A stretch of DNA of 64,000 nt from Candidatus Aminicenantes bacterium (lineage in GTDB: Bacteria > Acidobacteriota > Aminicenantia > Aminicenantales > JAFGBC01): the NCBI GenBank assembly GCA_963702005.1, contig OY969696.1:256001-320000 (forward strand), read 5' to 3'. Position 1 is the first letter of the stretch, and every line of letters begins with the position of its first letter. Shown here one piece after another: positions 8,544-17,642 of this stretch. The position numbers and the translations under genes were made by a program. The notes beneath the pieces are model-generated. The model was not told where the DNA came from, did no database searches, and saw only the letters and a program-made list of their open reading frames with translations.

Positions 8544-9911
8544 ATGGCCCCGTCCGGTCCGAAGAAAGAGGAGAGGCTGGCCTCCTGGAAGGAAATCGCG
8601 GCCTACCTCGGATGCGACGAGCGAACCTGCCTCCGCTGGGAAAAGAAGCTCGGCCTCCCCGTTCATAGGATGGAGGGCGCTTCTAAATCCCGGGTTTTCG
8701 CCTACCGGGAGGAACTCGACCGCTGGATGCGGGAACGGATCACTTTGGCCAACGTTCCAACCCCTCTCTTGCAGCCGCGACTTTTCCTCCGCAAGTCCCA
8801 CCGCGTCTTTGTTGCGATCGCGGCATTGGTCGGGGTCGCCATCGCCGCCATCTGGATCGGATCAAGGACCGGTTCGATTCCGTCTAATTTCCGGATTGAG
8901 GACTCGACCTTCTTCGCCCTGAATAAGAAAGGCCGGACCCTCTGGAGCTACAACACGGGGTTGTTCAATCTCAGGGACGAGAGCTTTTATCGAGACCGTT
9001 TCCAGATCAAGGTCCGGGCTAAGACTGAGGATGCCCTATTCCCCCTGCTTTTGATGAAGGACATCAACGGGGACGGCCGGGCCGAGGTCCTGTTCGCTCT
9101 TAAGACCCAGGACGAGTTCAACGAGGGCCGTATTTTGTGCTTCAACGACCGGGGAAAACTCCTCTGGGACTTCGCTGCGGGCAGGGAACTCCTCTACGGC
9201 GACGCCATCTACGCGAGGGATTACAGGGTCGCGGGGATAGGGCTTCACGATTTTGACGGCGACGGCCTTCCCAAAATATTCTTTTTCGCCTACCAAAAGC
9301 CCGACTTCCCTTGCCAGCTCGGCGTCCTCAACGCCAAGGGCGAACTCATCGGAGAGTATTGGAACTCGGGCTTTTTCTCCGACATCGTCTTCCTGGATAT
9401 CGACGGGGACGGCCGGGACGAAGTCCTGGCCGCGGGCCTCAACAACGAATACGGGAAAGGGTGCCTGGTCGCGTTCGCCCCCGACCGGATCTCGGGCAGC
9501 TCCCCCCAGAGGAATCCCGCGTTCCTGTGCCGAGACCTCGCGCCCGGGTCCGAGCTCTTTTACGTCTTGTTCCCGAGGACCGACGTCGACCTGGCCGAAT
9601 ATCCGGTCGAATGCATCATGACCATCGACATTCTCCGGAACCACCGCATCTACTTGAACGCCCTGCTCAGCCGGATCTTTTTCGAAATGACCCCGGCCAT
9701 GGAGTTGGTCCTGGTCCACTCCAGCCATAGTTTCCAGAAGATGCACGCCGAGGCCGTCCGCGCGGGAAAGGTTCGGAGCAGCCTCGAGCCCGCTTATTTC
9801 GAGAGGCTGAGGCGCGGCGTCCTTTATTGGAACGGGACGGACTGGGTTTCCACCCGGACCCCAAACTTGAGAAACGCCAAGACAGGGACGCCCCTCGTTC
9901 CGATAAAATAG
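8544..9911 (+). CDS. Membrane-anchored regulator-like protein: N-terminal Xis/MerR-type HTH, one TM helix, extracytoplasmic FG-GAP-like repeats
   Basis: RLASWKEIAAYLGCDERTCLRWEKKLGLPVHR...VFAYREELDRW; TM VFVAIAALVGVAIAAIWIG; DINGDGRAEV, DFDGDG, DIDGDGRDEV. Confidence 0.8.
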   Translation: MAPSGPKKEERLASWKEIAAYLGCDERTCLRWEKKLGLPVHRMEGASKSRVFAYREELDRWMRERITLANVPTPLLQPRLFLRKSHRVFVAIAALVGVAIAAIWIGSRTGSIPSNFRIEDSTFFALNKKGRTLWSYNTGLFNLRDESFYRDRFQIKVRAKTEDALFPLLLMKDINGDGRAEVLFALKTQDEFNEGRILCFNDRGKLLWDFAAGRELLYGDAIYARDYRVAGIGLHDFDGDGLPKIFFFAYQKPDFPCQLGVLNAKGELIGEYWNSGFFSDIVFLDIDGDGRDEVLAAGLNNEYGKGCLVAFAPDRISGSSPQRNPAFLCRDLAPGSELFYVLFPRTDVDLAEYPVECIMTIDILRNHRIYLNALLSRIFFEMTPAMELVLVHSSHSFQKMHAEAVRAGKVRSSLEPAYFERLRRGVLYWNGTDWVSTRTPNLRNAKTGTPLVPIK

Positions 9912-9944
9912 ACGTGCGCCGGCCCCCCGTGGAGAGCTATTCTT

Positions 9945-10367
9945 TCAGTGACTCCCCTTGATCGTGATTTTAAGGACAAAGGAATCGATGAAGGCCTCTT
10001 TTTCCCACGGGCGGCGCAGCCGGAGCTCGAGCTCCCCGGACCCCGCCTTCAACGCCTTGAACACCATGACCTTGGTCCCGCCCCGTCCCACGATCCGGGG
10101 ATCGGCCGTTTCGGCCTCAAAGCTCTCAGATTCGGGTCGCAGCAGACCCTCCGGGATCTTTACGGCGGCCCAAGTGTAGCCCGTGGTCGGGTTCTCGGGA
10201 AGGCGGATCTCGAAGTTCTCTCCCACCTCCAGCTCGCAGGTAGTCCCGCTATCTGTTTTGACGAAAGCCTTCATTGCATCCACCCGCTTCGGATTCTCGG
10301 GCTGCCTCGAGCAGCCCGAGAGCGCCGCACCCAGGATCAAGCCGAGGAGAATACTAAGCCCTTTCAT
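9945..10367 (-). CDS. Chagasin-family (I42) cysteine protease inhibitor lipoprotein
   Basis: Lipobox LSGC; LPENPTTGYTW, VGRGG, LRRPWE. Confidence 0.9.
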   Translation of the reverse strand: MKGLSILLGLILGAALSGCSRQPENPKRVDAMKAFVKTDSGTTCELEVGENFEIRLPENPTTGYTWAAVKIPEGLLRPESESFEAETADPRIVGRGGTKVMVFKALKAGSGELELRLRRPWEKEAFIDSFVLKITIKGSH

Positions 10368-10427
10368 CTTGATGGCTGCATTACAGCTCGATCAACGTCC
10401 ATTCGTCAAGCGATAATATCGCGGGCT

Positions 10428-11429
10428 TTATTCGAGGACGACTTCGCGCCGGCCGGATATGACGTCGCCGATGACCCAGGCCGGAGAGCGGAGTCCCTCA
10501 AAAAAGCGGATCGCGTCCCGGGCCAAGCGCCTGTCGAGGACGACAACCATGCCGATCCCCATGTTGAAAGTCCGGAACATCTCTCGTTCCCCGACCGAGC
10601 CTCGGGCCCGGATCGTCCGGAACGGCTCGGGAATCGGCCAGCTGCCGCGCCGAATCCGCGCGCCGCGGCCCTCGGGCAGGACTCGCGGGATGTTGTCGTA
10701 AAATCCGCCGCCCGTGATGTGGGCCATGGCCTTGACCGGAAACCTCCGGAGCGCCTTGAGGATGAGCGGCGTGTAGATGCGGGTCGGCTTGAGAAGGCAC
10801 CGGCCCCAATCTCCCCTAAGCTCTCTCTCCGAGAACGCATTTCGGGCCAGGCTGAATCCGTTGCTGTGAAGTCCGCTCGAGGCAAGGCCGACGACGACGT
10901 CGCCCTCCCGCGCCCGGCGGCCGTCGATGATCCTGTCTTCGTCGACGATCCCGACGCAAAACCCGGCCAGGTCCCACTGCTCGGGAGCGTAGAGCCCGGG
11001 AAGTTCCGCCGTCTCCCCGCCAATGAGGGCGCAGCCGGCCTGTCGGCAGCCCTTGACGATCCCCTTCATGACCTCGGCCAGAAGGCCGCTTCGGACCCGG
11101 CCGCAAGCGATGTAGTCCAGGAAGAAGAGCGGCTCGGCGCCGCTGACGACGACGTCGTCCACGTTCATGGCGACAAGATCGATCCCGACCGTGTCGTACT
11201 TGCGGAGGATGTCGGCCAGCATGAGCTTGGTGCCGACGCCGTCCGTGGACGAGACCAGGACCGGTTTCCGCATCCCCTTGAGCCGGAGCCGGACCAGGCC
11301 GCTGAATCCGCCGATCCCGGCCAGGACTTCGGGCCTCATGGTCGAACGGACCATAGGCTTGATCTTCCGGATGAAGCGGTCGGCCTCGTCGATGTTCACG
11401 CCGGCCTTCCGGTAGGTCAGGGCGGCCAT
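10428..11429 (-). CDS. purM: Phosphoribosylformylglycinamidine cyclo-ligase
   Basis: YRKAGVNID, STDGVGTKL, GAEPLFFLDY, IGGETAE, SSGLHSNGFSL, HITGGG, TFNMGIG. Confidence 0.98.
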   Translation of the reverse strand: MAALTYRKAGVNIDEADRFIRKIKPMVRSTMRPEVLAGIGGFSGLVRLRLKGMRKPVLVSSTDGVGTKLMLADILRKYDTVGIDLVAMNVDDVVVSGAEPLFFLDYIACGRVRSGLLAEVMKGIVKGCRQAGCALIGGETAELPGLYAPEQWDLAGFCVGIVDEDRIIDGRRAREGDVVVGLASSGLHSNGFSLARNAFSERELRGDWGRCLLKPTRIYTPLILKALRRFPVKAMAHITGGGFYDNIPRVLPEGRGARIRRGSWPIPEPFRTIRARGSVGEREMFRTFNMGIGMVVVLDRRLARDAIRFFEGLRSPAWVIGDVISGRREVVLE

Positions 11430-11599
11430 CTCGCTCTCCTTATCGGTTTTTTTCCTTATATCACCCCCCGGAAATCAAGTCAAACCATTGACACTCATGA
11501 AAGCCACGAGTATTGCAAGCCGGGGCTCCGATTTTAAGCCCCGCCTTCCTCATTTTGACCAAGCTAGCACCCTGGAGCAGTAAGCGGCCGGCTAATACA

Positions 11600-11847
11600 A
11601 AAGGAGACGTGGGCGCCCGAAGCGACCATTGAGGGTTTAGCCTTCCCTTGCCGTTCTTCGAGGGAATCCCCTTTCGGGGGCGCCGAGTATGTTTGAGCAC
11701 GCTAGAACACATTAAATAAAGCCGAGGATGCCGTGGCTCTTGTGAATCGGCTCGTTCTGACGTGCGGAGTTACGCAGGCGCCGAGAAGGACGGCAAGGGA
11801 ACGGCGTATAAAACCCGAAGGGGAGCGAGGGTGCCCACGTCTCCTTT
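11600..11847 (+). ncRNA. Putative rod-shaped structured RNA or ssDNA element, family unassigned
   Basis: Nested helices AAAGGAGACGTGGGCGCCC/GGGTGCCCACGTCTCCTTT, GGGTTT/AAACCC, TTCCCTTGCCGTTCTTC/GAAGGACGGCAAGGGAA, GCGCC/GGCGC, GCACG/CGTGC, TAGAAC/GTTCTG, AGCCGA/TCGGCT. The stem mismatches are G.U on the + strand. A T-rich tail follows. Confidence 0.65.
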
Positions 11848-11859
11848 CGTTCTTTTGGC

Positions 11860-11888
11860 TGTAACCTTGGGCTATAATTCGAGTATAT
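11860..11888 (+). promoter_or_regulatory. Candidate ECF-sigma autoregulatory promoter
   Basis: TGTAAC-N17-GTATAT ending about 35 nt upstream of the ECF sigma ATG. The same AAC-N17-GTATAT occurs upstream of the orphan TolC gene. Confidence 0.5.
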
Positions 11889-11923
11889 CCCCCTGAAAGG
11901 ACGCGAATCTTCAGGTAGCGACT

Positions 11924-12487
11924 ATGGCCCCCCACGACGACAGCCGGATCATGAAAGACGTCCAGGAGGGCGAGGTTGAAAAGCTGGCCATTCTTTTCGA
12001 ACGGCACCACCTCTCCCTCTACAACTTTTTTCTCCGCCTGACCGGGAACCGGGCCGCCAGCGAGGACCTCGTCCAGGACGTCTTCGTCCGCATCCTCAAA
12101 TACCGTTCCAGCTTCCAGGCCCAGGGCCCTTTCGCCGTCTGGATGTACCAAATCGCCAGAAACGCGCATATCGACCACATCCGGAAACGCCGGGATAAGG
12201 ACACGCTCCCGCTCGACGACCAATGGGCCGAAGCCGTCAGCCCGGAACCCCCGCCCGAAGCGGCCCTCGAATTCCGCCGGGACCGGATCCTGATCAGGAA
12301 GGCTCTTGATTCGCTCCCGGAGAAGAAACGGGAGGTCCTGTTGCTGAGCCGATTCCAAGACCTCAAGTACAGGGAGATCGCCAAGATCCTCGGCAGCAGC
12401 GAAGCCGCCGTTAAAACCATCGTCCACCGCTCGCTCAAGGAGCTGGGCAAAGCCTTCGCCGCCCTCCAGGAAGGAGTAACCTCATGA
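11924..12487 (+). CDS. ECF RNA polymerase sigma factor
   Basis: SEDLVQDVFVRIL, FAVWMYQIARN, ALDSLPEKKREVLLLSRFQDLKYREIAKILG...VKTIVHR. Confidence 0.95.
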   Translation: MAPHDDSRIMKDVQEGEVEKLAILFERHHLSLYNFFLRLTGNRAASEDLVQDVFVRILKYRSSFQAQGPFAVWMYQIARNAHIDHIRKRRDKDTLPLDDQWAEAVSPEPPPEAALEFRRDRILIRKALDSLPEKKREVLLLSRFQDLKYREIAKILGSSEAAVKTIVHRSLKELGKAFAALQEGVTS

Positions 12488-13305
12488 ATTGCCAGGAGAT
12501 CCAGGACCGCTTCGTCGATTTCTTGACCGGCGACGCCGCCCCCGACACCCAGAAAAAAGTCCGGGCGCACGTCGCTCTCTGCGCCGCCTGCCGCGAGGAG
12601 CTCGAGACCATGACCCTGGCCTGGACCAAGCTGGGCGTCCTTCCCGAGCAGAAGCCCGGGCCGGCGCTGAAGACCCGGTTCTACACGATGCTCGAGACCT
12701 ATAAAGACCGCTTGGAGGATGAAGTCATCGAGACGGGGGGACGCCGCCGGGCGCGGTTCGCCGCTTGGCTCGCGGGCCGCTGGCCCAAGACCCCGGCGCT
12801 CCAGCTGGCTGTATCGGCCCTATTCCTCGCCGCCGGCCTTCTGGCCGGATTCCTCCTGAAGCCCGGCGCGGCCCGCTTCGCGGAGATCGCCCGGCTCGAG
12901 GCCGAGGTCCGGGACATGCGGCAGCAAGTTTCCCTTTCCCTGCTGGACCGCTCCTCGCCCAGCGACCGGCTCAGCGGGCTGAGCGTCGCCTCCCAGGTCC
13001 GCGACCCGAATCCCCGGACCCTCGACGCCCTGTTCAGGGCCCTCGACGAGGACTCGAACACGAACGTCCGGCTTGCGGCCGTGGACGCGCTCTATCTGTT
13101 CCGGGACGACGCCCGCGTCCGTAAGGGCCTGATCGATTCCTTAACCCGGCAGACGTCGCCCCTGGTGCAGGTCGCCCTCATCAACCTTCTCGCCGACATC
13201 AAGGAGACCCGGGCCGCCGAGGCCCTCAAGAGCCTCATCGCCGACCGCGCGCTCAGGCCCGAAGTCCGGCAGAAGGCGGAGTGGGGACTCCGGAAGCTCA
13301 TCTGA
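12484..13305 (+). CDS. Anti-sigma factor: zf-HC2 domain, TM helix, HEAT-repeat domain
   Basis: MNCQE...HVALCAAC; TM segment; DSNTNVRLAAVDAL, QTSPLVQVALINLL. Overlaps the sigma stop (ATGA). Confidence 0.88.
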   Translation: MNCQEIQDRFVDFLTGDAAPDTQKKVRAHVALCAACREELETMTLAWTKLGVLPEQKPGPALKTRFYTMLETYKDRLEDEVIETGGRRRARFAAWLAGRWPKTPALQLAVSALFLAAGLLAGFLLKPGAARFAEIARLEAEVRDMRQQVSLSLLDRSSPSDRLSGLSVASQVRDPNPRTLDALFRALDEDSNTNVRLAAVDALYLFRDDARVRKGLIDSLTRQTSPLVQVALINLLADIKETRAAEALKSLIADRALRPEVRQKAEWGLRKLI

Positions 13306-13318
13306 GGAGACAACGGCC

Positions 13319-14182
13319 ATGAAAAAGTCTTTAGCGCTTTTTGCCGTCGCCTTTCTGGCGGCCTCCACCCTGGCCGCCGCGACGGAATGGAACGCCCAAG
13401 AGAAGGAAGAAATCCGCAAGACACTCCACTTCCAAGACGCCGCCAAACCCGGCGAGGTCGTCGTTGACAACGTCTGGGGCGCGATTTCGGTCGAAGGCGC
13501 GGATATCCGCGAGGTCGAGCTTGTCGCCCGAAAGACGATTCGGGCCCGCAATCAAGACCGGCTGGCCAGGGCCAAAGAGGAAGTCAAGCTGGAGATCAGC
13601 GAGAGCGCCGCGGCGGTCGAAATCTATGTCGATGGGCCTTTCCGCTGCGACGAACATGGGGGTCATGGCCTCCACTTCAATCGCGATCCGGGATATGAAG
13701 TTCAATACGACTTCGAGCTGCGGGTCCCGCGGACGGCGAGTATCATCCTTAGAACCGTCATGGATGGAGACGTCCGGGTTCGGGACGTCGAAGGCGGCTT
13801 CGAGGTCCACAACGTCAACGGCCGGATCGACCTCGAGGACATGAGCGGCGCCGGGGACGCCGAGACCGTCAACGGCGGGGTCATGGTCGCCTTCCGCCGC
13901 GCCCCGGCCTCGGGCTGCGCTTTCAAGACCATCAACGGCAAGGTCGACCTGACCTTCCCGGCGGCGCCCTCGGCCGATTTCCGGCTCAAGACCTTCAACG
14001 GCGAAGCTTGGTCCGATTTCCCGGTTGAATACCTTCCGGCCGCGCCCGGAAAGGCCGGGCGCAAGGACGGGATGTTCGTCTATAAGAGCGGCGGCTTCAC
14101 CAACGTCCGGAGCGGCCGGGGCGGCGTCGCCGTCGAGGTCGAAACGCTCAACGGCGGCATCTATCTTCACACAGCGAAATGA
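13319..14182 (+). CDS. DUF4097 beta-strand repeat protein, secreted
   Basis: Signal peptide; NVWGAISV, NVNGRI, TVNGGV, TINGKV, TFNG, TLNGGI repeats. Confidence 0.85.
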   Translation: MKKSLALFAVAFLAASTLAAATEWNAQEKEEIRKTLHFQDAAKPGEVVVDNVWGAISVEGADIREVELVARKTIRARNQDRLARAKEEVKLEISESAAAVEIYVDGPFRCDEHGGHGLHFNRDPGYEVQYDFELRVPRTASIILRTVMDGDVRVRDVEGGFEVHNVNGRIDLEDMSGAGDAETVNGGVMVAFRRAPASGCAFKTINGKVDLTFPAAPSADFRLKTFNGEAWSDFPVEYLPAAPGKAGRKDGMFVYKSGGFTNVRSGRGGVAVEVETLNGGIYLHTAK

Positions 14183-14201
14183 ATCCTTTAAGGAGGACAT
14201 C

Positions 14202-15128
14202 ATGAGAACATACACGCGAATCGTCATCGGAACGATCCTGATCCTGGCGGCCGGCTGGCCGGCCCTCGCCCAGGAGCAGGCGCCCGAGCGGGCCGTCGTC
14301 CCGCTCAGCAACCCGGCCAAGCCCGCCCTGGTCGAGGTCGAGACCATGAGGGGCGGGATCACCGTCAAGGGCTACGAAGGGAAAGAGGTCATCGTCGAGG
14401 CCCGGACTCGGGATAAGCTGATCGCCCGGAGCATAGAGGGGATCACTCCCGCACCGGCCTCGGTTGCCGCGCCGGCCCTGGCTCCCGTCCCCCCCGAACC
14501 ACCCGAACGGCCGGGCCGCCGGTTCAAGGACAAGGAGGCCAAAGCGGCCGGAATGAAGCTCATCCCGCTCGCAAGCTCGGGCCTCAGCATCGAGGAAGAG
14601 GACAACGTCGTCACTATCAGCACCGAATCCTGGAAGCGGGCCGTCGACCTCGTCATCCAGGTTCCCTTCTCGTCTTCGCTCCGGCTCCACGCTCAAAACG
14701 ACGGCGATATCAAGGTCGATAACGTCAGCGGCGAGATCGAGGTCGAGAACTTGAACGGCCCCGACACTCTGGCCAACGTCTCGGGGACGGTCGTGGCCAG
14801 CACCATGAACGGGGACGTGACCGTCACTTTCGTCAAGGTCGCCGCCGACAAGCCGATGTCCTTCAGCACCATGAACGGGGACATCGATATCACCTTTCCG
14901 GCCGACTTCAAGGCCACGGTCAGGATGAAATCCGAGCAGGGCGAGGTCTACAGCGATTTCGACATGAGCCTCAAGCAGGACGTCGCCAAGAAGGAAGTGC
15001 CCCAACGCGAAGGCGGCAAGTATCAAATCAGCTTCGACCGTTCGGTGGTGGGCACCATCAACGGCGGCGGGCCCGAGATCCAGTTCAGCACGTTCAACGG
15101 CAACATCTACATCCGGAAAAAGAAATAG
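14202..15128 (+). CDS. DUF4097 beta-strand repeat protein, secreted
   Basis: SD AAGGAGG then ATG at 14202 (MRTYTR); signal peptide; STMNGD twice, TINGGGPEIQFSTFNGNIYIRK. Confidence 0.85.
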   Translation: MRTYTRIVIGTILILAAGWPALAQEQAPERAVVPLSNPAKPALVEVETMRGGITVKGYEGKEVIVEARTRDKLIARSIEGITPAPASVAAPALAPVPPEPPERPGRRFKDKEAKAAGMKLIPLASSGLSIEEEDNVVTISTESWKRAVDLVIQVPFSSSLRLHAQNDGDIKVDNVSGEIEVENLNGPDTLANVSGTVVASTMNGDVTVTFVKVAADKPMSFSTMNGDIDITFPADFKATVRMKSEQGEVYSDFDMSLKQDVAKKEVPQREGGKYQISFDRSVVGTINGGGPEIQFSTFNGNIYIRKKK

Positions 15129-15153
15129 CGTCCGCCGTCAAGACGGTTACGAC

Positions 15154-15183
15154 AGGGGCGGCCTTCGGGCCGCCCCTTTCTTT
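15154..15183 (+). terminator. Rho-independent terminator
   Basis: AGGGGCGGCC-TTCG-GGCCGCCCCT followed by TTCTTT, after the ECF operon. Confidence 0.85.
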
Positions 15184-15261
15184 ATCCGGGCACCGGGCTC
15201 CTCCGCTAGGATCGGCTTGCCGGACGCGGAAAAGAAAACTATAATTCCGGGGGGAGCCAGC

Positions 15262-16144
15262 ATGACAAAAACATACGGAAGCCAGAGCATGACCGCCCCG
15301 TTGCGGAGGGTCATCCTCAAGCGGCCGGCCCAAGCCTTCCGGGACGAGGCCAGCATCGCCGCCCAGTGGAAGGCCCTCGCTTTCACGGCCCGGCCCGACC
15401 TCTGGCGCGCCGAAGCCGAGTTCGAGGGGCTCGTCTCGATCCTGAAAAGCCAGGGAATCGAGATCCTTTCCCTGCCCGAGGATGATCGGACCGGCCTGGA
15501 TTCCATCTATGTCCATGACCCGGCCCTCATCACGGACGCCGGCGCCGTCATCTTCCAGACGGGCAAGATCGTCCGGCGCGGGGAGGGTCCCGCCATGGCC
15601 GATGCCCTGACGCGTTGGAACGTCCCCATCCTAGCCCGGATCGACGGCCCGGCCACGGCCGAGGGCGGCGATATGGTCTGGCTCGATCCCACGACGCTGA
15701 TGGTGGGACGGGGGTTCCGGACCAACGGGCATGGCGTGGAAGCTCTGCGGACCGCACTCCGGCCGCTCGGCGTCACGGTCTTGGATTATCATCTCCCCTA
15801 CTGGAGCGGCTCCGGCGACGTCCTTCATTCTCATGTCCTTCCTGAGCCTTCTCGACCAAGACCTGGCCGTCGTCTATCGCAAACTCCTGCCCGTCCCCCT
15901 CTTCGAGCTTCTGGAAGAGCGGCGGATCCGCCTCGTGGATATCCCCGAGGATGAGTTTCCGACCCAAGCCTGCAACGTGCTGGCCCTGGCGCCGCGCCGG
16001 ATCGTCATGCTTGAAGGGAATCCCGTGACCAAGGCGCGGCTTGAGGCGGCCGGATGCACCGTGTTCGAGATCCGCGGGGAGGAAATCGCCATTAAAGGGA
16101 GCGGCGGACCGACCTGCCTGACCAGGCCTCTATTGCGCGGATAG
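15262..16144 (+). pseudogene. Amidinotransferase (DDAH/arginine deiminase family), frameshifted
   Basis: First frame has DSIYVHD, EGGD, GFRTN, DVLH; second frame has LMSFLS...CNVLAL...GSGGPTCLTRP. An extra T near 15829 (CAT-T-CTC-ATG) splits the HLMS motif. Confidence 0.8.
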
Positions 16145-16158
16145 CCGGGGGGATAGCC

Positions 16159-17577
16159 ATGCGAAGCATCAGAAAAGCGGCCTTCGCCATTGGGCTCAGC
16201 GTCCTGGTCGGACCGGCCAATCTCCCGCCGGCCGCCGCGCGGACCCAATCCCGGCTTGCCAGACCCTCCTCTGGGGCTGTCGATAGCGGCCTGGAAGCCA
16301 AGGTCGATGCCTACCTCCAGCCCTTCCTCGATGCCCGGGGATTCAGCGGGGCCGTCCTGCTAGCGCGGCAGGGACGAACCGTTCTCGCCAAAGGCTATGG
16401 GATGGCGAACCAGGAGCTTGGGGTCCCCAACACGGTCAAGACCAAATTTCAGATCGCCTCAGTTTCCAAATCTTTCACCGCGGCGGCCGTGCTCCTGCTC
16501 GAGGAGCGCGGACGGCTCGCTCTCAAAGACCCGGTCGCGAGATTCATCCCGAACTTCGTGGCAGGGGATCGAATCACCATCCATCATCTCCTGGCCCACA
16601 CCTCGGGCATCCCCGACGTCAACGGTTTTCCCGATTATGACAGGCAGTCGCGGTTCCCCCAGACACCCGAAACGATCGTTTCCTGGTTCAAGAATCGGCC
16701 CCTCGCATTTGCCCCGGGCGACAGGTACCAATACAGCAACTCCAATTACAACCTGCTGGCGTTGATCATCGAGAAAGCTTCCGGACGGAGCTACGGCGCG
16801 TTCCTGAAGGAGAATATCTTCGACCCACTCGGGATGCGGGACACCGGCCACCCGGCCTCGGCGGCCGCTCTTCTGCCGGGACGGGCATCGGGCTATGTTC
16901 CGACGGGAGCTGCCGACATCGAAAATGCTCCCTATCTGGACTGGACCGTCAAGACCGGGAACGGCTCCCTGTATTCAACGGTCGAGGACCTCTACCGTTG
17001 GGACCGGGCGCTGCGGACGGAAACGATCCTGAGCCGGGCTTCGCTGGAAAAAGTTTTTTCCGAGCAAACGCCCGGCGTCGGATACGGCTGGTTCATCGGG
17101 CGGCAGCTCGGCCGCCGCGTCGTCACCATCAACGGCCGGAGTCCGGGATTCACGTCCTATTTGGACCGTTTCCTGGACGATGACGCCTGCCTCGTCATCC
17201 TCAGCAATAATTACGCGCCCGTCCCCCATCTCGTCGCGAAGGACCTGGCCGCCATCCTGTTCGGCGAGCGCTATGACCAGCCCGGGGACCTGAAACCCGT
17301 TCATGTCCCGCCCGACGGATTGGATCGTCTAGCCGGACGCTACAAGTTCGGAACGGATTTTTATCGCCCGGGGGCTGAAGTCTTCGTCGAAAGGGAAGGG
17401 GACCATCTCGTCCTGGCCTGGACCGCGACATACAGGAGCCCGCTGCTGGCCTTGTCACCGACCGAATTTCTCGATAGGTCCTTCTGGGCGAGAATTTCCT
17501 TCGATCTGGAAGCCGGGGGGAGCCCTTCGGGATTCCGCTGGCGCGATACGTCCGAGTACCGGGCGGAAAAAAAATAA
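16159..17577 (+). CDS. Serine hydrolase, beta-lactamase class C/PBP family, secreted
   Basis: FQIASVSK (SxxK), LLAHTSG, YQYSNSNY, IFDPLGM, GSLYST. Confidence 0.9.
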   Translation: MRSIRKAAFAIGLSVLVGPANLPPAAARTQSRLARPSSGAVDSGLEAKVDAYLQPFLDARGFSGAVLLARQGRTVLAKGYGMANQELGVPNTVKTKFQIASVSKSFTAAAVLLLEERGRLALKDPVARFIPNFVAGDRITIHHLLAHTSGIPDVNGFPDYDRQSRFPQTPETIVSWFKNRPLAFAPGDRYQYSNSNYNLLALIIEKASGRSYGAFLKENIFDPLGMRDTGHPASAAALLPGRASGYVPTGAADIENAPYLDWTVKTGNGSLYSTVEDLYRWDRALRTETILSRASLEKVFSEQTPGVGYGWFIGRQLGRRVVTINGRSPGFTSYLDRFLDDDACLVILSNNYAPVPHLVAKDLAAILFGERYDQPGDLKPVHVPPDGLDRLAGRYKFGTDFYRPGAEVFVEREGDHLVLAWTATYRSPLLALSPTEFLDRSFWARISFDLEAGGSPSGFRWRDTSEYRAEKK

Positions 17578-17642
17578 CGGGGCAAGGGCAAGCTTAGCCC
17601 CGGCGTTTTAAGTGAAGATGATCTGGCCGCCGGCGGCCTTGA

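Noticed and set aside
11600-11847. Assignment as SRP RNA, RNase P RNA, tmRNA, retron msr-msd or type I toxin mRNA
   Set aside because: Signature motifs are not visible; there is no reverse transcriptase in the window and no hydrophobic small ORF. 6S RNA is not excluded but is unsupported without a covariance search.
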